From the human T2T-CHM13v2.0 reference genome, Homo sapiens, in NCBI RefSeq assembly GCF_009914755.1, contig NC_060929.1: a stretch of 64,000 bases of DNA, one strand, 5' to 3'. Below are positions 58,484-64,000 of this stretch, one piece after another. Position numbers and translations under genes: made by a program. How positions within the stretch are numbered: position 1 is the first letter of the stretch; the number at the start of each line of letters is the position of its first letter. A model generated the notes under the pieces. That model saw nothing but the letters and a program-made list of their open reading frames with translations. It was not told where the DNA came from and ran no database searches.

Positions 58484-59315
58484 TTTCTTTTCTTCTCTTT
58501 TCTTTATTAGGTTCAGGTGTACATGTGCAGGTTTGTTACATAGGTAAACTTGTGTCATGGGGATTTGCTGTACAAATTATCTTATCACGAAGGCACTAAG
58601 CCTGTTAACCAACAGTTGTTTTTTTTTTTCTGATCCTCTCCCTTCTCCCACCCTCCACCTTCCAATAAGTCCCAGTGTTTGTTATTTCCCTCTTTGTATG
58701 TGTTTTCATCATTTAGCTCCCAGTTATAAGTGAGAACATGTCCTATTTAGTTTTTTTGTTCCTGCATTCGTTTGCTAAAAAAGATGGTCTCCATCCATGT
58801 CCCTGCAAAGGACATGATCTTGTTCTTTTTTATGACTGCATAGTATTCCATAGTGTATAAGTACTATGTTTTCTTTATCTAGTCCACTGATGATGGGCAT
58901 TTAGGTTGATGTCACATCTTTCCTATTGTGAATAGTTCTGCAGTAAACATAGGCATGCATGTTTCTTTATAGTAGAATGATTTATATTATTTTGGGTATA
59001 TACTCAGTAATGGGATTGCTGGGTGGATGGTAGTTCTGTTTTTAGCTTTTGGAGGAATTGCCATTGTTTTCCACAGTGGCTGAACAAATTTATACTCCCA
59101 TGAACAGGGAATATGTGTAAGGGTTCCCTTTTCTCCACAACCTCAGCATTATGTTATTTTTTTGACTTTTTATTAGTAACCACTCTGACTGGTGTGAGAT
59201 GGTATCTCATTGTGGTTTTGATTTGCATTTCTCTAGTGATCAATGATATTGAGCTTTTTTAAATATCCTTGTTGGCCACATATATGTTTTCTTTTGAAAA
59301 GTGTTTGTTTATGTC
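58484..59315 (-). mobile_element. 5'-truncated older L1PA (L1PA13-16 range)
   Basis: gtacatgtgcaggtttgttacataggtaaacttgtgtcatggggattt…tgatcctctcccttctcccaccctccacc; degenerate TSD ta(g/a)a(a/g)ctttcttt. Confidence 0.85.
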
Positions 59316-60869
59316 TAAAGCTTTCTTTAACTAATATTTACAGTGATTTTGACTCTTTTTGAAGGCCCTTTAATCCTATCACTATTAAAATGTTAGAAAA
59401 ATTTTTCTTTCTGTAAATTTTTTTCTTCTGGAAATAATACATCCAGTCTCTGATTGATACTGCTTTCCATTGTTTCTCATGTGTTTCATTTCCAATTATC
59501 ACATTATTTTTGTTTTGTCTCCATTTTTTCATATGTCTTTGGTGATGTAAAGTTCATAGAATGATCACATTTACAATTTATGGTAATATTTTGTTAGTGT
59601 AGTCACAAACAGCATGGGTTATGCTAATTCACATTTAAATTTGGTGAAAGGTCCCCCACCTAAAGGTGGATATAAAAACACACACAGAACAACTTGCAGC
59701 TTGCGTAATTTTGATGACCCATTACCTTGAGGACAAACATCAGGATTCCTGGAGAGGTCGGCAATAGGAATGAAAATGTCTAATTACCTTCTCTCTGATA
59801 CCAGCTAAAAGGATCATTACAATGTAAAAATATTGCATCAGTCATATTAGTGTTGATAACTAGGGATTAGTGCTAAAATTATAATTTCTAGCATTATTGG
59901 AGATACAGACTTTATTAAATACAAAAAGTAATTTACATGGCTGGCATTCTTCTTGGAGGCCAGGTGAAACCAGTCCTCAGTTCAGTGCAATGAAGTCCAG
60001 TTCCAGGCCAGCTAAGAATCAATATATAAGGAAGAAAGATATTTTGAGAAAAACTTAATAAATCCTTTCAACAAAATTTGGAATTGGCACTATTCAAATT
60101 CTAAAAAAAAAAACCCTGACTAAACCCAAGCAGGATTATTTAAATCAAATATCCTGGATACCCAATAATGGTAAACCCCCAAAATTTCATTTTGTTTGCT
60201 GCTGCAGGTGCACAGGAAGATACCCAGTTATACTTTGCTTTGGCTTGCTGGATTTGTTGTTATGAGCTAAGGCTTCTAGGATCCAAAACTGCAACAGGTA
60301 CACCTAATTGTAATTCAAATGTGTAAATCAAAGATAGTTAGATCACCAATTTTTTCATTGTTCTGCAAAGAACCTCTGAATTTCTCAACTCTATTGTGGA
60401 CCGAATCCTCTCTGACACCCACTAAGGAAAACACAATTAAATTACAAAGTTACCGTATTTCACCAACATAATTACCACCACTAAGACTTAGTTTTGTTTT
60501 GTTTTTTTTTTGCTAGATTTGTTTTCTCACTTAGTTTTATTTTACTTTCCTTTTAGTATAGTCTTTTACTATTAATTAGAACTTGCAATGTGGTGGTATA
60601 CTGTCCGAAAACAAAAGTCTTTTCTGGAAGAATTTCTTATTTCCAATAGGATTCTTTGCATTGGCAGGAAATATAGGTTACAATGAAAATCAGTTTTTGA
60701 CGAATACATATGAAGGTTCTAATCTATACCAGGCTTTCTGCCAGGCCCTGAAGAAGTAACAGTGAACATGAGAGACATTGTGCCTGCTCTAATGACACTG
60801 CATCCACATGAAATTTATTTGCTTTTAGAATTTGACAGGCCATTATTTTGAAGCGAGCACATTTCAAGG

Positions 60870-61080
60870 TACAAAGACTGGATACCTTATCTCTGCCACT
60901 TACTAATGAGAGAACATAGAAACTTACCTATACTTTGCTTTGCTTTTGTCATCTATGAAATATGGATAATAATAGTGTTTGCTTCAAAGAGTTGTTCAGC
61001 GAATAGAATGAGATCATATATGTCTAGTGCTTAGAACAGTCTAACACATGCAAAAAGTTCAACTAATGTTAGTATTAATT
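60870..61080 (+). mobile_element. MIR
   Basis: ctctgccacttacta…tcatctatgaaatatggataataatagt…aaagagttgtt…tagtgcttagaacagtctaacac. Confidence 0.7.
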
Positions 61081-61347
61081 TTTATTGAAACTTCATTAGT
61101 GTTATTTAGAAAATCAGGAATGGTTTAGAAATGTTCCTTCTGTGAATAAGGTAGAAGCGCTATTTGTTGAAAGCCTCACGGAACAGTCTTGCAGTTCTTC
61201 ATACCACAAAGTCCATTGTAACACTTCCTTCAAGTACTGTATTAAAAGATGTATTTTCTGAACTTTTGACTATTTGGACATGTCCTGCTGTCTTTAAGTG
61301 TAAGAGACAATTTCAGTGACTCTAAAATTCTTGACTGCAGCAGCTGC

Positions 61348-61794
61348 TGTTGATGCCCACCCATATCCCTTCAGCAATTACATTTCTGGCACATCAACCA
61401 GGATTGTAGCTGTCAGCATCTGCATCTCTTTGCATGAGGACCTTCTCTGGCTGTGAGAGCCCACCCTGCTCATTATGCCTGTGTATGCAGCAAGTGAGAA
61501 GTGCCTTAAAAGTAACACTGCACAGAAGCAGCCCTCCACCAATGAGTGCTAGGAGTTGGTTTTATCCACCTCAGTCTCCTTTCCTCTTAGGCAGATGATA
61601 TGGTTTGGCTGTGTGTCCCCACCCAAAACTCATGTTGAATTGTGATCCCGAGTGTTGGAAGTGGAGCCTGTTGGAAGGTGATTGGATCATGGGGTGGTTT
61701 CTAATGGCTTAGACACCATCCCTGTAGTGCTGTTCCATGATAGAGTTCTCACAAGATCTGGTTGTTTGAAAGTTTGTAGCATTTCCTCCTTCAT

Positions 61795-61829
<35 letters not shown>

Positions 61830-63818
61830 TGCTGGCCAGGTGAAGATGTGCCTTGTTTCCCCTTCAACTTCTGCCATAATTGTAAATATCCTGAGGCCTC
61901 CCTAGCCATGCCTCCTGTATAGCCTATAGAACTGTGAGTCAATTAAACCTCTTCTCTTCTTAAATTACCCAGTCACAGGTATGCCTTTATAGCAGTGTGA
62001 CAATGAACTAATACAGAAAATTAGTATCAGAGAGAAGTGAAGCATTGCTATAGAGATACCTGAAAAATGTGGAAGCAACCTTGAAACTGGGTAAAAGGCA
62101 GAGGCTGGAACAGTTTGGAAGGCTCAGAAGACAGGAGGATGAGGGAAAGTTCGAAATTTCCTAAAGACTTATTAAATTATTGTAACCAAAATGGTGATAG
62201 TGATATGGACAATGAAGTCCAGGCTGAGGTGTTCTCAGATGGAGATGAGAAACTTATTGGAAACTGAAGTAAGGGTCACTTGGTCTATGTTTTTAGCAAA
62301 GAGACTAACCACATTGTGCCCTTGCCCAAGAGATCTGTGGAACTTTGAACTTGAGCATGATGATTTAAGGTATCTGGCAGAAGAAATTTCTAAGTAGCAA
62401 AGCATTCAAAATGTGGCCTGGCTGCCTATGCTCACCTGCATAAACAAAGAAATGACATGAAACTGGAACTTATATTTAACAGGGAAGTGGAGCATAAAAG
62501 TTTAGAAAATTTGCAGCCTAGAGATGTGGTAGAAAAGAAAAACCCATTTTCTGGGAAGGAATTCAAGCTGTCTATGGAAATGTGCATAAGTAAAGAGGAG
62601 TTGACTGTTAATAGCCAAGTTAATGGAGAAAATGTACCCAAGGCATTGCAGAGATCTTTGTAGCAGCCCCTCCCATCATAGACCTGAAGGCCTAGGAGGG
62701 AAAATTGGTTTCGTGAGCCTGACCTAAGGCCCCACCCACTGCTCTGTGCAGCCTGAGGACATGGTGTCCTGTATCCCAGCAGCTCCAGCTCTAGTCATGG
62801 CTAAAAGGGCCCCAGATACATCTCAGGCCACTGTTCCAGAGGGTGCAAGCCACAAGCCTTGGCAGATTCCATGTGGTGTGCAGCCTATGAGTACGTAGAA
62901 GGCAAGAGTTGAGGTTGGAAGCCTCCACCTAGATTTCAGAGAATGTATGGAAATGCCTGGATATCCAGTCAGAAGTCTGCTGAAGGGGCAGAGCCCTCAT
63001 GGAGAACCTCTAGTAGGGAAGTGCAGAGGGGAAATGTGGGGTTTGAGCCCTCACATGAGTCCCCACTGGAGCACTGCCTAGTGGAGTTGTGAGAAGAAGG
63101 CCACTGTCTTCTAGAACCCCAAATGGTAGATCTACTGACAGCTTGCACTATGTGCCCATAAAAGCCACAGGTGCTTAACACCAGCCCGTGAAAGAAGCTG
63201 GGGAGGGGCTGTACTTTGCAGAGACACAGGGGCAGAGCTGCCCAAGGCCTTGGGAGCCCACCCCTTATATCATTGTGGCCTGGATGTAAGACAGAGTCAA
63301 AGGAGATGATTTTGGAGCTTTACAATTTAATGACTGCCCTGCTGGGTTTTGGACTTGCGTGGGGCCTGTAACCCCTTTACTAGCACTTCCCCCTTTGCGC
63401 TCTCTGTCTCCTGCTGGCCATGTAAATTTGTGCCTTGTTTCCCCTTCACCGTCTACCATGATTATAAGTTTCCCGAGGCCTCCCCAGCTATTCCTCCTGT
63501 TCAACCTGCAGAACTGTGAGTCAATTATACCGCTTTCCTTCATAAGTTCCCTAGACTCAAGTAGTTCTTTATAGCAGTGTGAGAATGGACTAATAAAGTG
63601 GTATACCTGTGAAGTGCATGTTTTACACCATTTCAGGGTACCCTGGAAAGATTGGCCTATAATAACCTGTGGAGAAAATTTGCTTGATAAGGCACACAAC
63701 ACCTTTCCATCTCAATTCTCTACTACTTATTGTTGTTTTTTTGGGGTTATCTCCGAAATAAACAACTTACACTCAATTCTTTTTCTCAGTGTTGCTATTT
63801 TGAAGTATCCAATGTAAT
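61348..63818 (+). mobile_element. LTR16C-like ERVL LTR split by MSTA #2 (61348-61595 and 63598-63818)
   Basis: gatgcccacccatatcccttcagc…agcagccctccaccaatga; resumes …ttgcttgataa…ctccgaaataaacaacttacactcaattc. Confidence 0.65.
61596..63597 (+). mobile_element. MSTA provirus #2: 5' LTR (61596-62015), MST-int (62016-63378), deleted junction, partial 3' LTR (63379-63597)
   Basis: TGATATGGTTTGGCTGTGTGTCCCC start; internal collinear with provirus #1; ends gagaatggactaata. Confidence 0.88.
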
Positions 63819-64000
63819 TTCATCCTTTTACTTTAAACACTGTAAATCTGGTACCATTTTCATATAAAATCTAGAGTTGCAGAGAAGTCTGTGAAAAACT
63901 TCAATATTATTTTGTTGGAAATTACCTTTTTTTCTTTATTCTTACATTTAAAAAATTGTCAACATGTATATTGATATGGGTGCTTTTCCTTTGATATTTT

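Overview
AT-rich, CpG-poor primate genomic DNA, most likely human: AluY, AluS/J, L1PA and MER41/MER50 LTRs point to a catarrhine genome. It is intergenic or deep-intronic. I find no supportable host protein-coding exon, structural RNA gene, CpG island or prokaryotic-type system, and I cannot identify the chromosomal locus. Roughly half or more of the window is nested transposable-element debris. This includes one full-length but dead L1PA3/4 (4167-10318, 16-bp TSD, ZNF93-type 5'UTR segment retained, ORF0 ATG and splice donors retained), three 5'-truncated L1PAs, old L1M pieces, about 13 Alus, solo LTRs (MER50, MER41, MER39, MER57, MER68/77-like, MLT1s, LTR16), two rearranged MSTA proviruses, a MER30 MITE and MIR/L2 relics. 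The longer ORFs in the track are TE-derived or low-complexity. The most unusual non-catalogue signals are four: a ~770-bp minisatellite of perfect CTAC(TA)nGTAG palindromes grown from an Alu linker (42111-42879); a 66-bp templated insertion with primer stutter (3683-3797) copied from 11491-11556; a nested perfect palindrome with an ERE-like IR3 core (25319-25366); and an inverted 5' LTR in one MSTA. I see no evidence for a new multi-gene biological system. Subfamily names are from recall of consensus sequences and need RepeatMasker/Dfam confirmation.
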